Shown piece after piece: positions 1 through 10,690 of a stretch of DNA of 64,000 nt (its first letter is position 1; the number at the start of each line of letters is the position of its first letter). The notes below the pieces were generated by a model. The model had not been told where the DNA came from. It did no database searches and saw only the letters and a program-made list of their open reading frames with translations. The position numbers were made by a program, and so were the translations under genes. Source of the stretch: Epithemia pelagica (lineage: Eukaryota; Protista; Bacillariophyta). The DNA is taken from NCBI GenBank assembly GCA_946965045.2, contig OX337232.1:2790001-2854000 (forward strand), in the 5' to 3' direction.

Positions 1-205
1 TTGTTGCGCGTCGAACGGATTTTGTCAGGGGTGAAGCCCGACTGGCGCGAACGGCAGTCTCAACGGACATGACGAGCCGTCCGATCCATCTACGGGCCAA
101 CAAATTTGGCCAAATCTGGAATTATGATCACAAAATCTCTCTCTGGGCCGAAAGAGACATTGACGATAAAATCACGTCGTCTCGTGCACGAACGTTCATT
201 CTTCA

Positions 206-1753
206 TTGATACTCTCACCTTCTGTTGAAAACGTGCGCCTTGAGAAGCCGTCGACTTTCAACATGCTGTTCGACTCAGCCGTCTCCTTTCGCCGCAAGGA
301 AGATCCTCCAGGGAACTACTACCAAGATAATGAAACCGCTACCGCAACATCAAGTCCTTCTCAAACCATGACAAACTGTATCACGACGATGCAAAATCAA
401 ATAAAACAGACAACCATGGAAGGTTGTCCGGACATTACGTCCAAACTCGAGCCGACCAAATCACAGCTCACTTCTGCCTTTTGTCTGCGACCACCAAACC
501 CTTTTGTAATGGATGATGACGACGATGACGAAGATATCTTTTCTTTCGACTCGAATGAATCGGGTAGCAATGGTCCATCTGTTTCAGGGGGATTCGGAGC
601 TGCCGATATGTCACGATTCAACAAGCCTTCCCCTCCAGGTGTGGGTCCCTGGACGGCAGCTGCTCGGAGAGAGCAGTTGGCCATGGCACTGAGTCATTGT
701 ACTCAAGATGCTCCAAAATCTACCCAAAGTCAAATCAAGCAGGACACAAAACAAACCCCTCAGTCGAATCTTGAAGGCAACGTGGAATGCAAGAACTCCT
801 CGTTAGTTCTGTCGAATCAACAGATCAGGCTGAACAACGACCTGCCAGTGGAGGAACAAAAGATCTCTAACGGGGTCAATGATGAAAACTTGGAGGCAAA
901 CCAGACAGTGTCAGCGAAAGGAACGGAAAAAGTGATTCCATTGAATCATTTGCAAGAGCAAGGAAGGTCTTCGGCATCCAGCATTTGGAGAGCACATCAG
1001 GGAAAGAAGAAAGGGGAATCCCGCTTCAAGTTCCCATTAGCGAAGGATCTAGAACCTCTTCCAGTGTTGATTGAGGAAGAGTCCAGGGACGAAGCCATGG
1101 AACGGACTTTCTCGGAATCAACACTGTCAGAGGAATCTGCAGACAAAGGCCCCGGTGTACCTTCGCCTTCGTGGAGGAAACGTTTATTAGGGAGGAACTT
1201 TCGTGAGACTGGTACTCCATCGACGCCGATGCATTCCACTCTGTCTTCTTTTCGAGTCAAGTCTCTGTTTTCCAGAAAGAAACGTGAGTCTGTGCAGAAG
1301 ACTCATTTGCCAAAACCAGATGTGGTAGAGGTGGTCCACAACCTTCCTGCTCAGCAGTCGTCCACAGGTCCTGATCGAGCGCATTCCGAGGAAGAGGTCA
1401 TTTTCAGACGGCGTCAAAAAGATGGCTCATCCCGGAAACCGAAGCATATCACAAGAATTGTGGTTTCCCATATACCCTCGGAAGATGATACAATGGGGCC
1501 ACACCCGGTAGAACATACTGTACCTCCTCCACCGCCGATCGAGAACAAAACAGAGACAGTGAGAAATATATCTCGTTCAGAAGATGAAGATGTTCTCAAC
1601 AATGCTTCATCGTCGTCACAGTCCACCTATCCTGTTTTATTATCTCAGTGGATGAACCAAAACCATACCAGTAGTGAAAACCTGATTGGACTTTCGCATA
1701 TCACGCATTGCTTTGTCCCACCCTACGCTGCAACGTTGTTGGATGAAAACTAG
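206..1753 (+). CDS. Low-complexity Ser/Glu/Pro-rich hypothetical protein (first ATG ~264)
   Basis: 515-codon ORF with no recognisable domain; the ORF track starts at TTG. Confidence 0.6.
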   Translation: MILSPSVENVRLEKPSTFNMLFDSAVSFRRKEDPPGNYYQDNETATATSSPSQTMTNCITTMQNQIKQTTMEGCPDITSKLEPTKSQLTSAFCLRPPNPFVMDDDDDDEDIFSFDSNESGSNGPSVSGGFGAADMSRFNKPSPPGVGPWTAAARREQLAMALSHCTQDAPKSTQSQIKQDTKQTPQSNLEGNVECKNSSLVLSNQQIRLNNDLPVEEQKISNGVNDENLEANQTVSAKGTEKVIPLNHLQEQGRSSASSIWRAHQGKKKGESRFKFPLAKDLEPLPVLIEEESRDEAMERTFSESTLSEESADKGPGVPSPSWRKRLLGRNFRETGTPSTPMHSTLSSFRVKSLFSRKKRESVQKTHLPKPDVVEVVHNLPAQQSSTGPDRAHSEEEVIFRRRQKDGSSRKPKHITRIVVSHIPSEDDTMGPHPVEHTVPPPPPIENKTETVRNISRSEDEDVLNNASSSSQSTYPVLLSQWMNQNHTSSENLIGLSHITHCFVPPYAATLLDEN

Positions 1754-2194
1754 CCGAATTCCCTGTGTTACTTGTTGTGAAACCCTGTAGGTTAAGAGGC
1801 TAAGATTTCCGTTTATATATTATATGCTATGCCATTTTTCATGGATGATGGGGATTATTGATGCTTATCACAACTTGGGCTGGTACATCGAGAGTCAATC
1901 GTTTGGTGGGAAATTTGTTTTATCTCAATACTCCACGACAGTTCTTCTCGAAGATGTGATTAACTGTTTCGTTTGATATTATCTCACGTTTCCAATTCGT
2001 GGCAACCTGTTTGACCTTGTTTCATTGCATAGTTGACCAGGTTGCAAGTCTACACTGGAAGGGCTCATTACGTGTTTGATACCAAAGTTGTCGAGGTCTC
2101 GTTTCGCGTATATAGTGCTCGTGTCTACGTATAGTTGAGTTGGGCCCCAACTAGCTACAGTTACAATCTTGAGCTGAAATAAAGTTGTGTTTTT

Positions 2195-5100
2195 TCACAT
2201 ATGGACTGAGAAACTTTCATCGTCACTGGTGTAGTCCTGGGTAAGTTGAGGCGTACGTTCACCACCAAATATAGCTGACCATTCCATGTCAAATAATGCA
2301 TCAGTTACCATCCTGCCACCACATGAATAATATACATCCCTCATAAGAACTTCACCGGGATCTGGAATTTCTGTGACTGCTGATGGATTTGAAGATGCGG
2401 TTGATTTATCTTCTTTACCATCCTGACTGCGAGGGTCCAGATAATCGAAGAAGGAACTTTGTTTGTCGTCCAGGGTATTCAAAAGCTGATCTAAGGTCGA
2501 CGCCTCATCATCTAGCACCACAGGCTCATTGTCCCCTTTTCCCCCTTTTTTGGAACGTGATTTTGGGGTCGGACTAGGAGCTTTGTGTTCTTGTAACTCA
2601 AGGCGATCTTCATTCCAGGACATTTGCATTAGCAATACATTTTCTAAGGGTTCTTCCTCCTCTTTCCCAGGACTACGAGACCTTTTCTCATGCTTCAGCT
2701 TCTCCGGAGATTTGTTCGAGGGCTCGTCGTTCTCGGGTATGGGATTTTCATCCTGGATTTCAACACCAAGAATACTGATGTTGTCTGTCTCGTCTTCCCG
2801 ATCATAGTCTTGATCGTCTGTCGAAGGAATCGACGGGACAGGTTCTGAATCAGCTGCATATAATGGGCAAAGGTTCGTGGCAGCGTCAGATTGAGTTCAA
2901 TACGGAACTTCTGTTGGGACACAGCATACTATCTTACCTTTCTTATTCTTTCTTCGAACAAACTTTCCGAAGAAACTCGAACTCTTTGCTATTTCCTTTG
3001 TTTTCTTTGAGGGTTTCGCAGGGCGAGCACTTGAGCTTGATGTCACAGAACCAAATGTCCTGTCAATTTGGGCGGAAGCCTGAACTCTTGAACGACGACT
3101 ACTAGAACCAAGAGATATACCGACACTGGAACTTCGAGAACCTGAGTATTCACTATGGAAGCTTCCACTTCTCCCTAAACTGGAACTTCTGCTTCGTGAG
3201 AGTTCGCGGTAAGATGGTGACACGCTACGGTGTCTCCTGCGATTTTCAATTGCAACGCTTCTTTCGCTGCCCCTGCCAGATATTCGGTCTACATTTCCTT
3301 CAGTGGCAATGCTTAAGTTTTCATCATCGAAGGATTCGTCACGTTTCGTCTTCACATCAACTTTGGATTGCGAATATCCATGAGAATGGTTATCAATGGT
3401 GTCCTTCGGGCTGGTGGGCTCAGTTCCGGTCGACTCCATCGAAGTGTCCTGTGTCGTGTTTAAGGGGCTCTCTGGGAGACTCAAAAAGGGATCAACTATA
3501 TTTTTCAAAATGTCTTCTTCTTGGTCAGCGCTAGATGGACCAGCAGATTCCTTGTTCTCATTACTTGTACTTCGTCGAAACAATTTTGACAACATTGAAC
3601 TCCCAGTGCGTGCCGGGGCTTTGGGTGAAGATTTCACTCGGCCATCTTTCGCTGGATCTTTCCCTGAAACAATTGGTATTAAATCAATGAGTGGAGTTCG
3701 TTAACAACCGAGAGCTCAATGCAATTTGTACTCTTACCTGTTGGTTTTTTCTTCGGAACTGGAGGGGGCGTAGAACCTCTCAGGCTCTTTTTGGGAGGAC
3801 TTTTCTTAGCAGGGGAAGACCTACTATTTCGCTCCTGCGACGACTTTGAAACCCCTCCACTACGTCGGGTGTTGGGTAAGCTTTGAATATTTTTCTTGCT
3901 AACCCTGCCTTTCTCTCTAGACTGAACCGACCTGTTTGAGGGACTGGGAGGGTGCGTCGCACTGCCATTAGTCGACCCAGCGTCGCTTACACTTGCATGT
4001 TCTCCGGAAGTTCTCTGTGATTTGGAAATCCGGTCCTTGCCCTGATCAGCACCATTTTTTGAGGGCGTTCGAGGCTTTCTTTCAATTTCTGACCTATTTT
4101 TTGACTGCGTAGTAGGCTTTCTTTCCATCTCAGAACTATTCTTTGACTGCGTAGGAGGCTTTCTTTCCATCTCCGTGCTGCTCCTTGAAGGCGTAGGAGG
4201 GATAGGAGGCCTTCTTTCCATTTGAGGAACGTTTCTCGAGGGTGTATGAGGCTTTCTTTCCGTTTCAGAACTTTTTCTTGGAGGGGTAGGAGCCTTTTCC
4301 ATTTCGATTCCTTCTTCTTCTCTTTCCTGTTCAACGACGGCATTTGCAATGAATGGCTTCCGAGAAGAACTTGATTTGTTGTCATCGGTTTCGTCTTGTT
4401 TCTTGGTCTGCTTTTCCCCTTGCGATCCTGTCGGAGTCGCATGATCAAGTTTTGATGTTCCTGCCCTGATAGGATTCAACGGAACATCTTCTTCATTACC
4501 GTCACCATTACCTTTGCTCTTTTCGTCGGTTTTTGTTGACAAAGCTGGATGCCCCAGTGTTACGCCTTTTACGGACTTCTCGGTCGTTACCTTGTTTGTC
4601 CACTTGAGATTCAGGTAAAGTGTCGCTTGACGGAACGAGGTAAACTGGAGCAAGTCCCTGTCTGTTTTGATGGAGTGTTTTCGGTTGACAGAGTCGTCCA
4701 AAAAGTTGACATCGCCCTTGCTGGAGAATTCTGGAGAAAACCCATAGTCCGAAGAGGGGTTCAGAACCGTAAGATCCCAGGTTTTCGTGGGAATTCGAAT
4801 TATGGGGAAACGGTCCAAATCTTCCAGGACGTTCATCTTGAGTTTGACAACGGAGCTTGCTTTCGGTTCTTGTTTGTTTCCTGGAAAGGTGAGCCGTGTC
4901 CATGCGACGGGTAGAATCGCAGTAAAAGGCTCAGTCTCATTTCCTTTTCCAGAACGACGCCCTTTCGGTCGGTTATCATCTTTGTTTACTAAACCGAGTA
5001 TTACTCCCAAGTCTTGTGTTGAAAGAATGTCAACATTGGATTTTTGGGCCTTGGAGGAGGGAGTAGACGGCGAGGAGGTAGAGGACGAGAGACGGCAATC

Positions 5101-5727
5101 CAGTGCGATCGTGGTGGTATCTTGTTTCGCACCTCTACCGGCCTTGCGCCAGTCGGTAAGGAACGATTCTCCCCCCTTGGTCAACCCAGTCTTTTTCATG
5201 GCCTTGGACAGTTCAGACATGGCACGAAAATCGATGGTACCGGAACGAATATTGAAATTGTCGTCGTCGTCGGGCATACGAACAAAGGCCAAGACCATTC
5301 TCATGCCACGAGGAAGTGCTCCTGCGTTGGGTTCCCGAATAAACTGGACCTGATGTACTTCAGCTTCCACTTTGCCGTTCCATATGGAACGTGGTTTAGA
5401 AGTAGATGACACGGACACTGCTGATAACTTGGTTGTTTCTTTCTGAGCCACCTTGGCTGTTTCCTTCTCAGCCACCTTGGCTGTTTCCTTCTCAATCGCC
5501 TTGGTTGTTTCCTTCTCCGCTGCCTTTTCTTGCATCACGGCGGAGACATCGCTTTCTTGTATCGACTCGGCCTCATTAGCGGGTGGTGACAATGGCTTTG
5601 GCGCTTCCACTTCCACTTCCCCCATTTCCAGTTCTACCAGTTCACCGTCATCCTTCTTCTCTTCCTCTGGAGGGGGAGGATGAATGAACTCCTCATTCAC
5701 AGCGGGTCTTAGCTCAGCTGTTACCAT
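2195..5727 (-). CDS. Three-exon hypothetical protein (~1124 aa), mostly disordered, with a possible beta-rich globular segment and short peptide repeats
   Basis: Exons 5727-3738, 3663-2938 and 2853-2195 are joined by GT-AG introns (3664-3737, 2854-2937) and total 3375 nt in one frame. They link ORFs 3679..5727, 2897..3637 and 2195..2635. Repeats KETAKVAE-like (~5440-5520) and ERKPxTxSxN-like (~4070-4290). Confidence 0.75.
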
Positions 5728-6243
5728 TGATACTGTCCCGGTTGCTCTGAATGGTTTGTCTTAGAGGAGTGAGAATTTCAAAGACTTTGAACGGCAAGGA
5801 TGTAAGCGCGTGGTTTGGTCTATTGTTGGTGCCGATTGTTGTTACCAGATTGATTTTATTTCGCAAATTTTGCCTACACATACATATACACATTTACCAA
5901 TTCTTGGCATCAGTTTTTGTCTGTTGGCGCGCCTGATGTTGGGGCTCACCCTTTTGTGAGCCGACGAGGTGCAAAAATGGGAGAGGCTTACTTGGTAGCA
6001 ATAACAAATACATGCCGAGACATTGGCCGCCTCGCGAGAGTAACACTCTTGGATGACCAAAATTGGTACTTTACATAGAACTACTCGTATCTGTCTGGTT
6101 GACATACGCTCCAGCGTGTCTGATGAAGTCGCATGTGTGTCATAATTTTATTATTGAATACAATGGGCTTGAATCTTGAGCGTCATTTTAAAAGCGCTGA
6201 GGCTTAGGAGTGCGCTACTTTTCCTGCATTAGATGTCCTGTGT

Positions 6244-6988
6244 CTACCCCCCAGCGGGGGTGGCTTTGAGGGTGTAATTTCGTGTAGCCACCCCCATCTC
6301 TAAGAGCAAATAATAACCTATTTCTTGACGGTAGGCATATCTCATTTCCTCCACCACGATAACAACACGGGCCATGGTGTTGCACAGGTTGTTGTGCACC
6401 TATTTGGACTCTTGAAACCTGTCTTCCCAGTCATAGACCTCAAACCAATAGTGTAGAATGCATCTGCATCACCAAAATTTAAAGGTTAAGGCTATTATGC
6501 GTCAGACTCATAGGCGCCATGCCTCGTGGCACAGGCACGGAAGCGACGTCTAACAATTTTGAACGAAGCAACTCAAAGGGACAATATGGCTCTTATCTTG
6601 CATTGTTTGAGCACCTATTGATACACAATACACATAGCAGTAGTAGTTACGCACAGCATTGATAACAAAACATCAACTCTCATGTATTTTCATGCCATCA
6701 TTGTCTCGTATTGTGCCCGTATTACGCGTCACTGTATTGGTCATTTCCTAGAGTGGCCCGTATCCACTGTGTCCCTCACAATGTACTGCCATGGTACCAT
6801 TATGAAGTATATGATGGTCGGATCATGATGGGGTGGCCATTGGAGGTCACCAGCAACAACAAAGTTTGATTGTCGTGTTGTTATCGTGGTGGAGGAAATG
6901 AGATATGCCTACCGTCAAGATCCAGCGAAAAGAGAAGGGGGTGTTTCAACGAAATTACTCCCTCAAAAACACCTCCGCTGGGGGGTAG
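6244..6988. mobile_element. Non-autonomous TIR DNA transposon (MITE-like), ~745 bp
   Basis: Terminal inverted repeats CTACCCCCCAGCGG..GAGGGTGTAATTTCG and its complement at ~6950-6988. Perfect 47-bp subterminal IR at 6323-6369 / 6874-6920. Flanking direct repeat TCCTGTGT (8 bp), or GTCCTGTGTC (10 bp) if each TIR is 1 nt shorter. Confidence 0.9.
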
Positions 6989-7084
6989 TCCTGTGTCCTG
7001 TCATGTCTTTTCCTCTCCATCTCCACGACTGAGTGACCAATGTCCATGAAAGATTTAGGCCCTGCATCCAGCAAGCCGAGAATT

Positions 7085-8442
7085 CCCTCGGTATCAGTGT
7101 CCACTGCTTAGCTGTTTTTTGTCTGTGCCACCTTCACAGGTTCCCAAGTGGACACAGCCAGCATTTTATGTTTTTCGTCTGTCTGTCTACCCAATAAAAT
7201 TCCTCAGGGTTGGAGCAAGGCCAGCGTGCATGTGACAGTTGACGGTTGGTGGTTGTCCTCTGGTCACCACGATTCAAATTTTTTGGGCAACCCTCCCGTC
7301 CTCGTCTGTCACAAAACACCAAAAGCCGAGCCAAATGCTTGACCATGACGTGAGGTGAGAACAATGGATGCAACATGCTGGGCTGAACCTGAACTGCTTC
7401 TCACTTCTCACTACTGTGGCTTATTTCTAATCTTCTTGTTTCTTTTTCTTTCTTCTCACTCATCACTGCTGCAATCTTTCCTCTTGTTCATGCATGATCC
7501 TTTGGCTTGTCTCTTGTTGAACGAGTAGACTAGGAACAAGCCGCTTGATGTCAACTGGAGTATCTTACCCGTCTCATTTGTTGATGTAGGAGTAATTGTT
7601 TTGTTGTTTGATTGTTGGTTGGTTGCTTTCATGTCTTCTGTAGGATAGATGATTCACTATCGTCATAGGTCGTAGCATCATCTCATTTCTCAATGACCGA
7701 ACACTTTGTTGTTTTTGCTTCAAATAGATGGGAAGCCCTCTTGCTCTTGCCACACCCTACTTTCCATGTCTATCAGTTCATAGAGTCAAAAGTTGGAGCT
7801 GTAGCGTGTGAGAGCTGCTTGTGTTCATGGTGAAACTGAGAGACATTGCCATGCTCAAAACAGAAAAGAGATCTGCAACGAATTCAGAATGCACTGAACT
7901 CTACGAATGAATAGCACTTGAGTTCTATTTCTACTCCTAGTATATAAAGAAAACAATGTCTGCAGTCTGTTTATGAATCGAATGAAAGTTATCAAAAATC
8001 CGTCATTTCGACATGTAGAATGGCACGTAATGAGCTACCCAGAGACACAACAGATGATCGCCTCTCTTCCCATGAGCAGAGCAAACAAAAGTGACAAGTG
8101 TCAGTGATCAGTGAGCATGAGCTATGTAATTGTCATGGCAATTGGCAACGGATCACACTCACCTGGAATGCCATTCGTACGATGTGCTTCGGCAACAAGA
8201 GAAAAGAATTGTGTGCTTGTCATTATGAATTATGGAGCAACCAGCAGTTATCCACGCACGGCCGCTTGCTGGGCATGCGTCTGTTTCAAACTTTGAAAAC
8301 TCCAGCTGGGTATGCGTGCCAATTTGCCATTTGATCATTTCTATTTGTCTCAAAAGCAAAAAATGATGTCTGTGTCCACCTGGGAACCTAAAATGATGGC
8401 ACAGACAAAAAACAGCTAAGCAGTGGACACTGATACCGAGGG
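7085..8442. mobile_element. Second degenerate TIR element, ~1.36 kb, with a decayed interior
   Basis: ~80-bp inverted repeats at 7085-7167 and 8361-8442, with CCCTCGGTATCAGTGTCCACTGCTTAGCTGTTTTTTGTCTGTGCCA matching exactly. The interior is AT-rich and visibly CpG-poor with no long ORF. No TSD found. Confidence 0.75.
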
Positions 8443-8792
8443 TTCGCAGCATACACTACCAGGGATGTCTCACTTCCATCAGGCAATATAATTGAAGGAA
8501 GAAGCTATAGTATCCGAGTGAATTGCCCCAGACGGAGTGTTTCGTACGAGTAGACTATTATAGAAAGAATGAATCTCTCACATCATTGTGTTTGCTGTCA
8601 TTATTTTTTTCCTCAACTCCAACACCAAAATAATCGTCTGTCATTGTTGGTCTACAAGAATCGACGTAACGGAGAAAGAGGACAAAGAATGGATTCGAAA
8701 AAAGAAACTTCGTATTGTGACTTGCATCTTGCATGCGCATTGTGTCTCACATTATTTGAACGAGCTTCTCGACACCTTTTCCCCTTTCCAGA

Positions 8793-10094
8793 CTACTGGA
8801 AGTAGTAGTTACTTTGGGGTTCGGGGCGCTGTTTCAACTGCACCTGAATCCAGCGACGGACCACATCTCGTGAAGGACCACCAAACATGATTTGCAAGAT
8901 CATTTCCGAATGTTCGACGCCATCCAATAGAATGAGCTCACCAGCAGTGGACTTGGAGGCGCCGCGTCGTGGTGAGGTGGTCATTGTCTTTTCCAATGCC
9001 TTGTTCCAGGCTTCCACAAAAGCAACCGAGGAGGACATGGGGACTGTCGTATCGTGCGTTCCGTGACAAATTAAAATTGGCAGTTTCGATTTCTGAGCTT
9101 TCCAGTACTCGAGTTGTTGTTGCTTCAGTACGGCTTGCTGGTTTGGTCTTTTATTGTCGTCAATGGAGATTTTTGTAGACTTGAGCAACAGACGGGTTGG
9201 TGAATTGGATTTCCATGCGGACAGAGACTCTCCACACGCCATGGAGAGGGGTGATACGAGGTCCTCTCCTCGTTGAGTCTCATAGTTGTAGTGACTGGGA
9301 ATATCATAGACTCCTGCCATTCCAATAAAACCAATAATGTTGTCCATACCATTTTGTTCTGGTCGTAGTTGGCCCGTCACCAAGGCCAAGGACAAAATGT
9401 GAGCCCCACTGGAATGTCCCATTAGAATCATGGGAGCGTTGGGAAATTTCTCAACTAAACACGTCAAGGCTTGTTTAACGTCACTCACTTGTCCCGGTAC
9501 ACTGGCATCGGGGTAGGTGCGATAGCCGAGAATGGCAACCTGCTGTTGGTCTTGGACAAAGGGAGCTGCCACTAGACGATACATGGATGGAAATCCCGAG
9601 CCCCAGGCACCGCCATGGACAAAGACAATCAAGGGCATATTATTGGTCACGTCCTCCTCCTCTTGTGGTGATACCAAATCAATCACATTGCTGGCATGAT
9701 CTCCGTAGCGAAATTGTTGAAGCTGAACCTTGTCGTTGTTGTTCATGCGACGACTCGCATCGCTCTTTACTCCCGACAATCGCAAAAAGTCCTCGACAGC
9801 CGTCGGATATTCTTGGCAAATGGTGGGGAGCGAGAGTGGCAGCAAGATTGAGTCCACGAGGATCCGCAGAACTCCAGAATCTCGCATCCACGGTTGCAGG
9901 GGAACTGGAAGACTGTCACGCCATTTTCGAAATGAGGTATCCATGGGAGGAGGAGGAGGAGGAGCCAAAAAATTGTCATCGGAATCGATCCACGAGGGAC
10001 CGTCCTCCAACAAAGGCTCGTTCCTGGTGGTAGTGTTCTCCAAGTCTTGGAGGACTGTCATGGTGGTGTTGACAGTGGTTGTCGATTCCGCCAT
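8793..10094 (-). CDS. Alpha/beta hydrolase, isoprenylcysteine methylesterase (ICME)/BD-FAE-like
   Basis: Motifs FVHGGAWGSG, GYRTYPD, GHSSGAH (nucleophile elbow), HGTHDTTVP and VEHSE. Confidence 0.85.
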   Translation of the reverse strand: MAESTTTVNTTMTVLQDLENTTTRNEPLLEDGPSWIDSDDNFLAPPPPPPMDTSFRKWRDSLPVPLQPWMRDSGVLRILVDSILLPLSLPTICQEYPTAVEDFLRLSGVKSDASRRMNNNDKVQLQQFRYGDHASNVIDLVSPQEEEDVTNNMPLIVFVHGGAWGSGFPSMYRLVAAPFVQDQQQVAILGYRTYPDASVPGQVSDVKQALTCLVEKFPNAPMILMGHSSGAHILSLALVTGQLRPEQNGMDNIIGFIGMAGVYDIPSHYNYETQRGEDLVSPLSMACGESLSAWKSNSPTRLLLKSTKISIDDNKRPNQQAVLKQQQLEYWKAQKSKLPILICHGTHDTTVPMSSSVAFVEAWNKALEKTMTTSPRRGASKSTAGELILLDGVEHSEMILQIMFGGPSRDVVRRWIQVQLKQRPEPQSNYYFQ

Positions 10095-10690
10095 GACAGT
10101 CTAGTCCACCATCACCATGGAAACTGTAGTTCTCCTCCGTCGAACTCCACCAGAACAAAGAGTCCTCCTGGACGACACGTCCATGGGAGCCATCAGCCAG
10201 GCCCTCGTGGATGTCATAGTGGCCAAACACACGGCAATGACGACACCTCGGTTCCATTCTGTGTGGATCGCCACCATGATGAGAAATCACACCTTTGAAC
10301 CACCAAGAACAGGTTACCTTCCTCTCATCTTGTGATTGTGATGTGCTGTGCAAGTCTTCACTAGAAGAGAAACATGTGCATCATCCTTTCTTCCGCTGTT
10401 GCTGTTGTTCCCGTTGTTGGTTTCGTTCGTGTTTCCTGCGATCCAAACGCGTTGGATTGCGTTCTGTGTGCACCATGAGCGATAGAAAAGCGTTTGAACT
10501 CCATATATGCGATTAAATTTAAAAGGCTCGCAGGTTCGCCGGGCTTTGATGCAAGTCCTCTTCGGGTTCGAACGTGAACGTATGATCTTTCGCGTTCGTT
10601 GCACCACACCATGGATGCCATTCGTCGTCTTTGTGTTTATCACGAAAAGCATCTTGAGTATTCTGGAAGCATTGACTTGCTTCTTCTTCC

